A stretch of DNA of 64,000 bases, from positions 1,504,001 through 1,568,000 of the forward strand of contig OY730476.1 of assembly GCA_963422735.1 (NCBI GenBank). The letters are read 5' to 3'. Positions 8,801-18,788 of the stretch are shown here, one piece after another. A program made the position numbers and the translations under genes. This DNA is from Candidatus Latescibacterota bacterium (GTDB taxonomy: Bacteria > Latescibacterota > UBA2968 > UBA8231). Positions within the stretch are counted from its first letter, which is position 1. The number at the start of each line of letters is the position of its first letter. The notes beneath the pieces are model-generated. The model saw only the letters and a list, made by a program, of their open reading frames with translations. It made no database searches and was not told the origin of the DNA.

Positions 8801-9934
8801 CTAGGATGTTTTGCTGCCTGCTGCCCATTGCTTTTTCATCTGCTCCATTTCCGCGTTGGGGCGAATTTTCCCACTGGTAATTTGATTCGCCGAATCGTAC
8901 AACCAGCGGCCTTGGTCGTCGCGCAGGACGGGCATGCGCTGAGCGACCGCCGGGGGTTCGGCCACGCGGGTGGGTTCGGCCGCGTACCAGTAGGCGACGC
9001 TGCTCATCTCGTTGCAGAGGTGATTGCCGTGGCCATGTTCGATGGTGGCCTTGATTTCCCGCTGGAAACGGACGGGGTTTTCGAGGTGGTGGACGTACGA
9101 AGTTTGGTAGCCGTTGGTGTTGTCTTCGTGAATGGAGGAACCGTTGCGCAAAAAGGCGTTGTCCTGCATGCCCCACGCCTGATTGAGGTAATCCTCACTG
9201 CCGGTGCCGTGCAACTCGGGGGGCCACTTGTAGCCATCAACCCAGATCATGTCGTCGCCCTCGCCCCACCAAGTGCCTTGGAAGTTGGTGACGCTGATGT
9301 TGCAGCCGATGTAGTGGCCGCGGCCTTGGGTCTCCAAGATGACGTAGTTGTTGTCCCAAGCAGTCTGTTCCTTGTTTATGATGTTGGCCTCCGGCGCGTT
9401 GACGCGAATTTCGTGGCCCCACCCGCCAAAGGGGTTTTCGCGGCGGAACTCCGCGTGGAAATATCCGGCCTCGCTCGGCACATCGCCGGTCTCGTAATCA
9501 ACGTAGAAGTACTGGCGGTGTCGTTTGCTGCTCTCGTTGACCAGCTCGACGACCGCTCGCTTGTGGAAGGGCATTTGCACGTAGGCGTTGAGGGCACAGC
9601 CGGTATTAAAAACATTGTTACTGCGCGTCGAGGCCGAAAAGAGCAAGGACTGGTAGGAGTTGACGATGCCGTGGCCGAGGCCGAAGAAATCGCCCAGAGG
9701 GCAGACCACGCTGGGGCTATCCGCGTCGTCCCAAGTGATTTTGAGCAGGCATTCTCGGTAGTGGTTGGCTTGGGTCAGCCAGAGGTGGGTGATGCGGCCG
9801 GGGCCTTTGATGTCGGCGAGGATTGCGCTCTCACCGGGTTCGATCCACCAAGCGTCGCTGTTGCGGCCGGTTTCATCCCAGGACGAGGCGCGCCCGGTCT
9901 GGGCAGCGCAGATATAGGCGAGTTGATCGAGCAT
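8801..9934 (-). CDS. DUF2961 / glycoside hydrolase family 172 protein
   Basis: RASSWDETGRNSD, GPGRITHLW, PLGDFFG, WWGEGDD, HGTGSEDY, TIEHGHGN; likely ATG at 9934. Confidence 0.88.
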   Translation of the reverse strand: MLDQLAYICAAQTGRASSWDETGRNSDAWWIEPGESAILADIKGPGRITHLWLTQANHYRECLLKITWDDADSPSVVCPLGDFFGLGHGIVNSYQSLLFSASTRSNNVFNTGCALNAYVQMPFHKRAVVELVNESSKRHRQYFYVDYETGDVPSEAGYFHAEFRRENPFGGWGHEIRVNAPEANIINKEQTAWDNNYVILETQGRGHYIGCNISVTNFQGTWWGEGDDMIWVDGYKWPPELHGTGSEDYLNQAWGMQDNAFLRNGSSIHEDNTNGYQTSYVHHLENPVRFQREIKATIEHGHGNHLCNEMSSVAYWYAAEPTRVAEPPAVAQRMPVLRDDQGRWLYDSANQITSGKIRPNAEMEQMKKQWAAGSKTS

Positions 9935-9947
9935 GAAGTGCTCCCTT

Positions 9948-11162
9948 CTAAATCTTAACTTTGCCCGTCTTTTGCACCTGTTCATACACGCGGGCGAATT
10001 CCTCCGAGCCGTCGTCGTTCCAGACCTCGGTGCGTACGCCGCGCACATTGCCCTCGACAAATCCGGTCAGCCGCTCGACCGCCGGGATGCTCGGGGTGTA
10101 GTACGTGGTGCCGCCGGGCAGGTGCAAGATGCCGACGTGGCGGGGCAGTTTGCTCTTGGGCCGCGCGGCTAGCTCTGCCAATATCTGCTCATCTACCTCC
10201 ACGCCTAGCCCCGGCCCTTCGGGCACTGGCGTGCTGCCCTCGCCGACTTCGAGACGGCCTCCGGTCACATCCTCCGCGTACTGGTCGTCGAGGTTGGTCG
10301 AATGCGAGACATTGGGAATGACCGCGCCCAAGTGCATGGCCATAGCCTTGCAAAGAGTGCCGCCGGTGAGCTGAACCACGGTCGAAAGGCCGGCGGCGGC
10401 TGCAGCTAAGCCCCGGCGGATGGAGTGGCCAATGCCTATTTCTCCGATCATGTAGAGGTCGGCCACATCCCGCTGAATCTCCGGGCCGCCCCCAAGCTGC
10501 GGCACGTGCATCAAGAGCGGCAGGGAGGTCTTTGAACGCAACAGACGCCAGCCCTCGATGTCATAGGGATAGAGCGGATCTTCCAAGAAGCCGACGACCG
10601 GAAATTTTTCCAGTTCATCGACGATGCGCAGCACGGCCGTAGCGGGCCGATTGTGGTTGAAGTCCCAGTGGACCTTAAAGCCGGGCGGGGCGACTTCTTG
10701 GGCGGCGCGCGTCTGTTCGATCACGTCGTGGTGTTCGGCCGAGTGCATCTTGAAGATGGTGTAGCCCTCTTGGGCCGCGCGCTGGATTTCGCGGGCAAAG
10801 TCTTCGGGGGCCGCCGGCCGGGTCCACGCCGCCACTGGTACGCGATCGCGGACCTTCTGGCCCAACAGCTTGTACACCGGCTCTTCTATGGCCTTGCCCA
10901 TGGCGTCGTACAACGCTCCCATCAGGCCGGTGTTGAGTGCTCCAGCAACATAATTGAACGGCGATTGGTCGATCATGCCCGCGATTTGCCCCTCGGCGAG
11001 CGAGACATGGCCGCGCCCGTCGCCGTAGCCGACGACGCCATTGTCGAGGGTTACGCGGAAGACGGTCTGGGTATCGATTGCGGAGAAGCGGACCTCGTGG
11101 CCTTGGTAGCGGTCGCAGAGGCGCGGGTTGAGGTGGAAGTACTCGACGTTGGTGATTTTCAT
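9948..11162 (-). CDS. Mandelate racemase/muconate lactonizing enzyme (enolase superfamily)
   Basis: GVVGYGD, ALYDAMGKAIEEPVYKLLG, DFN, LEDP, PGLGVEVDE. Confidence 0.88.
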   Translation of the reverse strand: MKITNVEYFHLNPRLCDRYQGHEVRFSAIDTQTVFRVTLDNGVVGYGDGRGHVSLAEGQIAGMIDQSPFNYVAGALNTGLMGALYDAMGKAIEEPVYKLLGQKVRDRVPVAAWTRPAAPEDFAREIQRAAQEGYTIFKMHSAEHHDVIEQTRAAQEVAPPGFKVHWDFNHNRPATAVLRIVDELEKFPVVGFLEDPLYPYDIEGWRLLRSKTSLPLLMHVPQLGGGPEIQRDVADLYMIGEIGIGHSIRRGLAAAAAGLSTVVQLTGGTLCKAMAMHLGAVIPNVSHSTNLDDQYAEDVTGGRLEVGEGSTPVPEGPGLGVEVDEQILAELAARPKSKLPRHVGILHLPGGTTYYTPSIPAVERLTGFVEGNVRGVRTEVWNDDGSEEFARVYEQVQKTGKVKI

Positions 11163-11447
11163 TTAACATCCCCTCGCTAATTTATTAGTACGTAGTACTA
11201 GCAATACAAGTCCAAGAATAATCAACGGCAAGACAATAAACATGCCACACCCAAGCTTTACCCCATCGGCGACACCACTTCTAGCTTGAACTTCCTGAGG
11301 TTGAGTGCTCTCCTTGTCTTCCTGCCGAATCGGTTGGCTTTTTGTTAGATCCATCTGACAAAAGCGGCAAATTATTGCCTCTTTCTTAATTGTCTCCGCA
11401 CAGTAAGGACACCGTTTCGTTTCCTCAGGGGACGATGGGACTGCCAT
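11163..11447 (-). CDS. Small zinc-ribbon membrane protein, low GC
   Basis: CPYCAETIKKEAIICRFC plus a C-terminal TM helix. Confidence 0.7.
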   Translation of the reverse strand: MAVPSSPEETKRCPYCAETIKKEAIICRFCQMDLTKSQPIRQEDKESTQPQEVQARSGVADGVKLGCGMFIVLPLIILGLVLLVLRTNKLARGC

Positions 11448-11741
11448 TTTCTATTTCCTCCGCAAGTTCTAATGGTGAAACTGCTGACCGCTCGCTTTGC
11501 TTTCCGCAGAAACGAATCGTGCAGAAAAGGTCTGCCTCGCCAGCTTCAGCCGATGCAAGCTCGGCGTACCGGATGTGGATTGCGCACAATCTCAAAGGTA
11601 GGCACATCGGACGACATAAACTCAACGCAACCGGCTTTAACGAGGTCGAGAATGCTCAAAACCGCTTCGGCCTTAAGGCGATTGCGAAGCTGCCACTTGT
11701 CGTCTAAGTGGGCGCTGAAGACTGCAAGTATAGACTCTCAT
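11425..11741 (-). pseudogene. PIN-domain protein remnant
   Basis: Manual translation across frameshifts: MRVYTCSLQRPL/DDKWQLRNRLKAEAVLSILDLV...RNPHPVRR/LASAEAGEADLFCT...VSPLELAEEI. Confidence 0.65.
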
Positions 11742-11750
11742 GCTTGGAGG

Positions 11751-13136
11751 CTACAAGCCATTCAGGACTTTGCCGGGGTTCATCAAGTTATCCGGGTCGA
11801 GTGCTCTCTTAATGCGGCGCATGATCTCAACGCCCGGGCCGCACTCAGCTTCAAGCGCGTCGAGCTTGCCCAAGCCGATGCCGTGTTCGCCAGTGCAAGT
11901 CCCTCCGGCTTGAAGTGCCCACTCGACGATCTGCTCGCCCAGCCGCTGCACTTGCTCCAGTTCCGCAGCGTTGCCTGGCTCAATGAGGCAGACGACGTGG
12001 AAGTTGCCGTCGCCGACGTGGCCGAAGAGCGGCGCGGGAAAGTCGAGGTCGGCGAGCGCGGCCCTCGTTTGGTGGATGCAGCGAGCAAGGGCCGCAATCG
12101 GCACGCAGACATCGGTTACATAGCCCACCGAGCCGGGGCGGAGCGCACGCGAGGCGTAATAAGCATCGTAGCGCGCCTGCCACAAGCGGTCGCGCTCACC
12201 CTCGGCCGTGGCCCAGCGGAAGAGTCCGCCGCCTCGCCGATCCACGTGCGCGCCGGCGGTTTCAGCTTGTTCGACAACCCCCCTTTCCGAGCCGTGAAAT
12301 TCAAAAAAGAGCGTCGGTGCTACCTCGTAATCGAGGCCCGCATATTGGTTGCAGGCTTGCATTTGCACTTCGTCGAGCAATTCGAGCCGCGCGACGGGGA
12401 TCCCCGCGCTCAAGACGTCGATGGCCGCGGCGACAGCCGTGTCGAGGTCGGCAAAGGGGCAGACGGCTGCGGAGATGGCCGCCGGCAGCTTGGCTAGGCG
12501 CAGGGTCACTTCGGTGATGAGGGCCAGCGTCCCTTCGCTGCCGACCAGCAGGGCGGTCAAATCGTAGCCAGCCGAGGATTTGCGCGCCCGCCCGCCCACT
12601 TCGACGACCGTGCTGTCGGCGAAGATGGCCTTGAGGCCCAAGACATTGTCGCGCATGGTGCCATAGCCAACCGCAGCACTGCCAGAGGCGCGGGTGGCGG
12701 CCATGCCGCCCAAAGAGGCGTCGGCTCCAGGATCAACCGGAAAGTGCAGGCCGGTACCTTGTGCCCGGAGGTGTTCGTTGAGCTGCTGGCGGGTGACGCC
12801 AGCTTCGACCGTGGCGTCCATGTCGGCAGCACTGACGCGGAGGATGCGGTTCATGCGCGAAAGATCGACGCACAGGCCGCCGCGCACGGCGACGATGCCG
12901 CCTTCGACAGCCGTGCCGGTGCCAAAGGGCACGATCGGCACTTGGTGCGCAGTGCATATCCGGGCAATCTGGGCTACTTCCTCAACGCTTGCGGGAAAAG
13001 CTACGGCCTGTGGCGGTTGCGGCGCGTGATAGGAGGCGTCGGCGGCGTGTGCGCGGCGCACCTCAGAGGTCGCATTCAAGCGCGAGCCGAGGAGAGCGGC
13101 CAGTGCCGACTGGACTTGGGGGTCTATGGAATTCAT
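11751..13136 (-). CDS. FAD-linked oxidase (D-lactate dehydrogenase/GlcD-like)
   Basis: FPVDPGADASLGGM, GSEGTLALITE, GHVGDGNFH, GEHGIGLGK, MNPGK. Confidence 0.92.
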   Translation of the reverse strand: MNSIDPQVQSALAALLGSRLNATSEVRRAHAADASYHAPQPPQAVAFPASVEEVAQIARICTAHQVPIVPFGTGTAVEGGIVAVRGGLCVDLSRMNRILRVSAADMDATVEAGVTRQQLNEHLRAQGTGLHFPVDPGADASLGGMAATRASGSAAVGYGTMRDNVLGLKAIFADSTVVEVGGRARKSSAGYDLTALLVGSEGTLALITEVTLRLAKLPAAISAAVCPFADLDTAVAAAIDVLSAGIPVARLELLDEVQMQACNQYAGLDYEVAPTLFFEFHGSERGVVEQAETAGAHVDRRGGGLFRWATAEGERDRLWQARYDAYYASRALRPGSVGYVTDVCVPIAALARCIHQTRAALADLDFPAPLFGHVGDGNFHVVCLIEPGNAAELEQVQRLGEQIVEWALQAGGTCTGEHGIGLGKLDALEAECGPGVEIMRRIKRALDPDNLMNPGKVLNGL

Positions 13137-13244
13137 GGGCGGATAATATGTCCAACGGCCGGAGGGCCGTCAAAAAAGTCGATTATCAATACTCAGGTGA
13201 GTACGGCACACAACTATAGGGCAGAGGAATAGCTATTTACAAAC

Positions 13245-13263
13245 TGTTCGCTATATGCGAACA
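13245..13263. promoter_or_regulatory. Palindromic operator-like site
   Basis: TGTTCGC-TATAT-GCGAACA directly upstream of the RelE-like remnant. Confidence 0.5.
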
Positions 13264-13472
13264 TGATTGACATGAATGCGGAAAAAGCCATGGGTGCCCA
13301 AGGCGATCAGGGATATGCGCCGCCTCGCTACACAGGATCGCGGAGGATCATTGCCAAAGTTGATCAGTATGCCAGAGATCCGGCCTCTTTGGCCAACCAA
13401 GTGATTATAATGACCGGCAGTGAGTATAGGCGTATGGGAGTTGGAGACTATCGCGTTATCTTTGACATGTGA
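13263..13472 (+). pseudogene. RelE/ParE toxin remnant
   Basis: RRIIAKVDQYARDPASLANQV...RRMGVGDYRVIFD; N-terminus disrupted, no antitoxin seen. Confidence 0.65.
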
Positions 13473-13585
13473 ATAGACAAGGGAACATTGTGAAAGTCGT
13501 TTATGTCGAACGCATCTTGATCGAAGTGCCCTTCACGCTATCGCTTTCTTCTTGTAACTCTTCTCTAACCGGAGCCTAAACAAAC

Positions 13586-13960
13586 ATGTCGCAACCCCTT
13601 CTCAGCGCCGCCGAGAGCCGCCAAAACCGAGTAGGTGAATCGTGGGGCCATCTGACTTGGTTGGCGGGCCGTCCGCAGGGCAATGTCGAGGGCCTCACCT
13701 TGGGCCGCGTCGTCCTCAAAGCCGGCCAAGCCAACCCGCGCCACGCCCACCCCAATTGCGAAGAAGTGCTCTATCTGCTCGCCGGCCGCGTAGAGCACAG
13801 CTTGGGCGACCAGTCTTTCACGCTAGAAGCCGGCGACACCCTTGCCATCCCGGCCGGCGTCTTCCACAACGGAATTAGCCTCGGCCCCGAGGACGCGGAT
13901 ATGATCGTGGCCTACTCGGAAGGAGACCGCCAATTCGTCTTGGAAGAAGACCGCTCGTGA
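13586..13960 (+). CDS. Cupin domain protein
   Basis: PRHAHPNCEEVLYLL...GDTLAIPAGVFH. Confidence 0.9.
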   Translation: MSQPLLSAAESRQNRVGESWGHLTWLAGRPQGNVEGLTLGRVVLKAGQANPRHAHPNCEEVLYLLAGRVEHSLGDQSFTLEAGDTLAIPAGVFHNGISLGPEDADMIVAYSEGDRQFVLEEDRS

Positions 13961-13974
13961 CCCGCAACGCTCTA

Positions 13975-14302
13975 TACTTCGCCTTGGGATCTGGTCCCTT
14001 TCGCCCATGTTCCGCGCCTATCGCCGCGGCGGCAAAATTCTCATGCTGGGCGTTGATTACCAAACTCCACCTATATCCATCTGGTCGAAGCACTCTACTG
14101 GCATCACCTGCGTCGGTCCGATCCTCAAGCCGCTTATCCCGTCTTAGACCGCCCGCGTCTGGGAGCCTTTTGGGATGTCAGCGACCCGCTGACACGGGGC
14201 CTCGTCGGCGCGTCCCCGTGCCGGCTTTTTGCCATAGGCACTTATGATGTCGATACCCTGCTAGCCGAGATCGTGGCAAGCCCCGAGAGCTATTGGGTCT
14301 GA
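13975..14302 (+). pseudogene. AAC(3)/YokD-family N-acetyltransferase C-terminal remnant
   Basis: Manual translation SPMFRAYRRGGKILMLGVDYQ/STYIHLVE...GLVGASPCRLF with a frameshift. Confidence 0.6.
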
Positions 14303-14437
14303 TTCTAACCGCCGTATAGGCGCGGAGAGTGAGCTCGGCATACGGCTGCTAACTGGTCCGCTGCTCAGGCTCTATTCTACGACCGGGGTACTGACCTTGT
14401 GCTTGGAGATGCCAAAAGTGGTGCGGCGAAAACGGGA

Positions 14438-15154
14438 CTACTCAGGTGTGAAGTCGGCGGGTTCGAGAGCGTACCAGTACACCGCGCCGTTATCGATCAG
14501 TGTCTGGATCTCGTGGACGTTGCGGACGCTGGCAATGGCGGCGTGGGCTGGGTGCCCAGTAAGTTGAGTGAGTAGGATGGCGTTGCGCTGGGCACGGCTC
14601 GTATCGCGTTGGTCAGCAGTGTAAGAAGTCTCGACAGCGATGTAGTGGATAGCGCCATCAGAGTCCGTAGCCTCGATAACCAGATCGGCGCGAAAGAAGC
14701 TGCGCCGATCGTTTTGGGGAATGTTGTCGGTCTCGCGTTGGAAAATCAATTGGCCGAGATCCAGCCTTGTCAAGAGCCCCTTGAACCGGAAGCCCATACC
14801 GTCGGTGATCTCTAGGAAATGCACACCGACCACCTGCCGGGCTACGTTGCCGCGCAGTTCGCCGATAGCATCTCCCTGCCGGGCTACTTTGCCGCGCAGT
14901 TCGCCGATAGCATCTCCCTGCCGGGCTACGTTGTCGCGCAGTTCGCCGATGGAACTCTCCATTCGCTGATTGAACTTCCGCTGCTCACCAATAAAGCCCC
15001 CGACATGAGTTTCGAACTTGGCAAATCGCTCGGGTAGCTGAATCAGCTCGTCGCTCAGGACATGGCGGCGGACAGCTTGGCGGAACTCGTCGTTTTCGTT
15101 CAGCAGGCGGCTCAGATCGTCGGCTGCGTGAATGACGGTCATCGTGGTCTCCAA
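14438..15154 (-). CDS. Hypothetical coiled-coil protein with tandem repeats and a PD-(D/E)XK-like C-terminus
   Basis: Repeats IGELRxxVARQ(GDA); RADLVIEA...IAVETS motif; possible ATG at 15142. Confidence 0.7.
   Translation of the reverse strand: METTMTVIHAADDLSRLLNENDEFRQAVRRHVLSDELIQLPERFAKFETHVGGFIGEQRKFNQRMESSIGELRDNVARQGDAIGELRGKVARQGDAIGELRGNVARQVVGVHFLEITDGMGFRFKGLLTRLDLGQLIFQRETDNIPQNDRRSFFRADLVIEATDSDGAIHYIAVETSYTADQRDTSRAQRNAILLTQLTGHPAHAAIASVRNVHEIQTLIDNGAVYWYALEPADFTPE
14833..14950. repeat. 42-bp coding tandem repeat, about 2.8 copies
   Basis: Unit CCTGCCGGGCTACGTTGCCGCGCAGTTCGCCGATAGCATCTC with few substitutions. Confidence 0.9.
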
Positions 15155-15174
15155 GGCGAGGGAACGATAGACGA

Positions 15175-15966
15175 TCAGACCCGCATCCGCAGCATGGGGC
15201 GGCCAAAAGATACTTCGAGGAATTGGCCGGTGTGCGCCGAGCGCGTACCAGGGGACATGAAGTGGATGACAAAGGCGCGGCGCTGGCGATCGGTTTGGTT
15301 CGGCGGGGTGTAGTGCAGGGTTTGGCAGTGGTGGAAAAGCGCACCGCCTGCGGGTAGGTCTATGACTGCGGCTTGGGTTGCATCGACTTGGTCGCCGTAG
15401 TCGAGCAAGGCACTGGTCTGATCTGAGCGCTCGTGCCCGACGGGCATCAGGTGAGATTCGGGCAGCAGGTGCATGGCACCGTTGGTCACATCGACATCGT
15501 CGAGCGTCATCCAGCAGCTAACCAAGTTGGCCGGCATACATTTCCAGTAGGCGTTGTCTTGGTGCCAAAAGACGGGGCCGCCGTGGTGGGCGGGTTTGTA
15601 GAGGGCTTGGTCGTGGAAGAGCTGGATATTGGGGCCGATGAGGTCTTCTGCAATGTCGAGGATGCGGGTGTCGTAGAGCAGTTGCCGGAAATGGATGCTA
15701 CGCTCGCACATCTGCATGATCTGCAACATTTGCTCGTCGGCGCTGTTCTTTTCGTCGAGGTCGTCGGTGTCGCTGATGGACAGGTTGCGGAAGCGCCCGT
15801 TCTGGCGCGCTTCGGCAAAGAGCCGATCGTATTCATCGCGCAGCACGGCGACGAGGTCGTCGTCGAGCAGCTTGCCGATGATGATGAAGCCACGGCGGCG
15901 GAATTGGTCGATCTGCTCTTGGTCGAGTGCTTTGTGGAGCTGGGTAACGGACGGGGCTGTGGTCAT
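15175..15966 (-). CDS. Phytanoyl-CoA dioxygenase (PhyH) family protein
   Basis: WHQDNAYW, NGAMHLLPESH, FHHCQTLH...N..D..RR. Confidence 0.92.
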   Translation of the reverse strand: MTTAPSVTQLHKALDQEQIDQFRRRGFIIIGKLLDDDLVAVLRDEYDRLFAEARQNGRFRNLSISDTDDLDEKNSADEQMLQIMQMCERSIHFRQLLYDTRILDIAEDLIGPNIQLFHDQALYKPAHHGGPVFWHQDNAYWKCMPANLVSCWMTLDDVDVTNGAMHLLPESHLMPVGHERSDQTSALLDYGDQVDATQAAVIDLPAGGALFHHCQTLHYTPPNQTDRQRRAFVIHFMSPGTRSAHTGQFLEVSFGRPMLRMRV

Positions 15967-16236
15967 CTGTATCCTCCTAGTGAGGCGTGCAAATTAACAA
16001 GGGCAGCGACAAATCACAACCGCCTGTGGGTCTTGGGGACGATGTGGATGGAGGATCTAAAGCGCGAGTTAATTGAGGCCATTCACGCCACGGGAACGAT
16101 ACCCATACTCGGCGGTATCGAATATGCGGAAGACATTGTGCAGCAGATAAATATCAACCGCCGCGCCCACCTCGAATGGATTGGCACCCACCGCCATTTG
16201 TGGGCATAGCGGCTGAGGCCGCAAGGAGCTAACGAT

Positions 16237-17247
16237 ATGGACATCCAAGCGATCCAACGCGCCATCGACGCGCAGCCCCGCCACCGCCTGACGCATTTGC
16301 CAACGCCCTTACAGCATTGTCCGCGGCTGTCGGCCGCGCTCGGGGGGCCGCAGGTATGGATCAAGCGCGACGATCTGACCGGCCTCGCCTTGGGCGGCAA
16401 TAAGTCCCGCTACCTCGAATTCACCCTCGCCGAGGCCACGGCCCAAGGGTGCAATGCGGCCGTGCTGAGCGCGGTCGTCCAGTCCAATCACTGCCGCCAA
16501 TTCGCCGCGGCCTGCGCCCAGCTCGGCCTCAAGGGCGTCGTCGTCCTGCGCGAGGACGATTCCATCATGGGACGCAAGTCGCCAGCCCAAGGCAACTACC
16601 TTTTAGACCAGCTATGCGGGGTACGCATTCGCTTTGCTCCGCCCGAAGGCATTGGCGCAACCATAGCCGAGGAAGTGGAGCGACTCAAGCAAGAAGGGTA
16701 CAAGCCTTTCACCGGCCTGTCCGGGCTGTTGTCGCGCGTGGCCTATATCCAATGTGCGTTGGAAATCGAAACCCAACTGTGCATCGCGGGCATCCAAGCC
16801 GACGACGTGGTAGTCGGGTCCGGAGGAACCAGCTTGGCTGGGCTGGTAGCCGGCTTTTCCCTCTTGGGGCGGTCGGCCTGCTTCCTCGGCACTCCCCAGA
16901 GCAAAATGAGCCAGCGCGAAGGGGTATCTGAGCGCATCGCGCAAGCCGCCGCGCAAGCCGCGGCCCACCTCGGTCTCGAATGCGCGCCCAATCCGAGGCG
17001 AATCGCCGTGACCGATGAGTACGTCGGCCCAGGTTTCGGCCATTTGGACCGCGCCACGCTCGACAGCATCCGCCTCCTCGCCCAAAGCGAGGGCATCTTC
17101 GTCGATCCCACCTATTCGGGCAAGGGATTGGCCTGCCTAATCGATCAGGTGCGCCAAGGGCGTTTCCGCGACAGCGAAAACATTGTCTTCGTCCACACCG
17201 GCGGAACGCCGCTTCTATTCGCCTACGGGGAAGCTCTGCTCGACTAG
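16237..17247 (+). CDS. D-cysteine desulfhydrase / ACC deaminase family PLP enzyme
   Basis: PTPLQ, IKRDDLTGLALGGNK, QSNH, DPTYSGKG, FVHTGG. Confidence 0.9.
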   Translation: MDIQAIQRAIDAQPRHRLTHLPTPLQHCPRLSAALGGPQVWIKRDDLTGLALGGNKSRYLEFTLAEATAQGCNAAVLSAVVQSNHCRQFAAACAQLGLKGVVVLREDDSIMGRKSPAQGNYLLDQLCGVRIRFAPPEGIGATIAEEVERLKQEGYKPFTGLSGLLSRVAYIQCALEIETQLCIAGIQADDVVVGSGGTSLAGLVAGFSLLGRSACFLGTPQSKMSQREGVSERIAQAAAQAAAHLGLECAPNPRRIAVTDEYVGPGFGHLDRATLDSIRLLAQSEGIFVDPTYSGKGLACLIDQVRQGRFRDSENIVFVHTGGTPLLFAYGEALLD

Positions 17248-18776
17248 GGGGCTAACCCCAACGGCCCAACCAACTCGTCCAGCGCGTCAGCCAGCGGCTG
17301 TGGGTCGGCAAAATCGGCGATGACGGCAGACAAAAAGATCACGCCGCCGCGACGGGCAAAATCCGCAATCTGCGCGTAACTCAGCTTGGGCAGGTCGGCT
17401 AGCTGTTCGCCCACTAAGTGTGCGAGCCGCTGCTCTAAGACCGGAGGCCGGTCGGCGTATGGCATGTTCTTCAGCAATAGGATTAGGTCGTTGCGCGCCA
17501 AGACGCGCTCGCGGACTCCGTAGCCCAAGCGGCGGCAATATCCGGCAAAATCGTCTAAAGCATCTGCACGCCCCCTCGTTAAGCCCAGGGCATCCTCCCG
17601 GCCAAAGAGGGTCGTCATTATGGTCTGTGCGATCAGGTAGTGGCCCCAGACCGTAGGGTGCAAATACTCGGTGATTAACTCGTCGCCGACCAAACCAGCC
17701 GGAGCATGGGCGGCAAACGCCTGCTCCACGTCGATCAAGATCGCACTATACTCAGCAGCCAAGGCGCGAATGGCGCGGTTGAAGGGCGAGCAGGCCCGCA
17801 GGTGGATGCCGTCTAAATCGCGGGCGCGCACAAACGCGGCTAGCGCCTGCGCCGAATCCCCGGCCGCTTGGTGCGCCGAGCCAGCGGCAAAGTGCAGGGC
17901 CGCATGCTGTGGATAATCCGCAGGCACCGCGTCCAGCGGCGGGACCGGTCCCTGCGAGCGCAGGGGATAAAATCCGGCCAAGTTGGAAACCAGCGTACAG
18001 AGCGCAACCGGCACCTCGCGCTCGCGCAGCACTTCGATCATCTCGGCCATATTGCGTTGGTAATGGGCCTCAGTTTGTCGGTGCGCCTCGTCCCCCAAGT
18101 AGATCGCGCGCCGTACCAAGTGTACGCCAAAGGACTCGGCAGGTGCGGCCGGGCGCAGTGAGTGCAGCAGGCTTTCGAGCAAGTAGTAGCTTTTCGTCCG
18201 CTGCAAGAACATTTGCAACTGTATGAAGGACCAGTTGCCGCTCAGGCGCGCAAACGGGGTCGAAGCTCCGTACGGCCCCACGAACTCGTTGTGGCCAGCG
18301 TAGATCAAGACCAGATCTGGCTCGTGCTCGACCACCTCCTCGACAAATTCGCGCAAGACAAAGGAATTGATAGCGGTGACGCCGCAGTTGACGACCTCGA
18401 TCACGCGCTCTGGATACGCATCGGCGAGCATCTGTTGCAAGAAGTTGGGAAACGAGGTATAGGCGGGGTTGGGGAAGCCGAGCAGGGTCGAAGCCCCCAG
18501 CGCGAACACGCGAAACGCACGTGCGTCTTTGTCGCGGGCAAAGCGATCTTGCCCCGGGGCCAAGCGCACGTACTGGCGGGGGAAGAAGCGCCGCGCAGCC
18601 TGCGGGTTGATGCGATAGGACGAGTCGCTAGCTGCGAAAAGGGCGTCGTCCGGGCCGACGCCCACCAGCTGCAAGCCCGCCTCAAAGAGCACGACGAACG
18701 ACAAACCAACCAATAGGGCAACGGCCCGGCCTTTTGCTCTGTTTGCCGTTTTTGCTTTGTTTGTCGCGTTCATCAA
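17244..18776 (-). CDS. SGNH/GDSL-like hydrolase domain membrane-anchored protein
   Basis: FALGASTLLGFP, EVVNCG, IYAGHNE, EYLHPT; N-terminal TM. Confidence 0.75.
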   Translation of the reverse strand: MMNATNKAKTANRAKGRAVALLVGLSFVVLFEAGLQLVGVGPDDALFAASDSSYRINPQAARRFFPRQYVRLAPGQDRFARDKDARAFRVFALGASTLLGFPNPAYTSFPNFLQQMLADAYPERVIEVVNCGVTAINSFVLREFVEEVVEHEPDLVLIYAGHNEFVGPYGASTPFARLSGNWSFIQLQMFLQRTKSYYLLESLLHSLRPAAPAESFGVHLVRRAIYLGDEAHRQTEAHYQRNMAEMIEVLREREVPVALCTLVSNLAGFYPLRSQGPVPPLDAVPADYPQHAALHFAAGSAHQAAGDSAQALAAFVRARDLDGIHLRACSPFNRAIRALAAEYSAILIDVEQAFAAHAPAGLVGDELITEYLHPTVWGHYLIAQTIMTTLFGREDALGLTRGRADALDDFAGYCRRLGYGVRERVLARNDLILLLKNMPYADRPPVLEQRLAHLVGEQLADLPKLSYAQIADFARRGGVIFLSAVIADFADPQPLADALDELVGPLGLAP

Positions 18777-18788
18777 TCGTCAAAAAAC

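Noticed and set aside
8693-9958. 421-aa plus-strand ORF (also 31169-32305, 46221-47300, 48672-49811 and similar)
   Set aside because: Antisense shadows of well-supported genes, common in high-GC DNA.
16042-16209. 55-aa ORF upstream of the D-cysteine desulfhydrase
   Set aside because: No recognisable motif; may be a gene remnant but unsupported.
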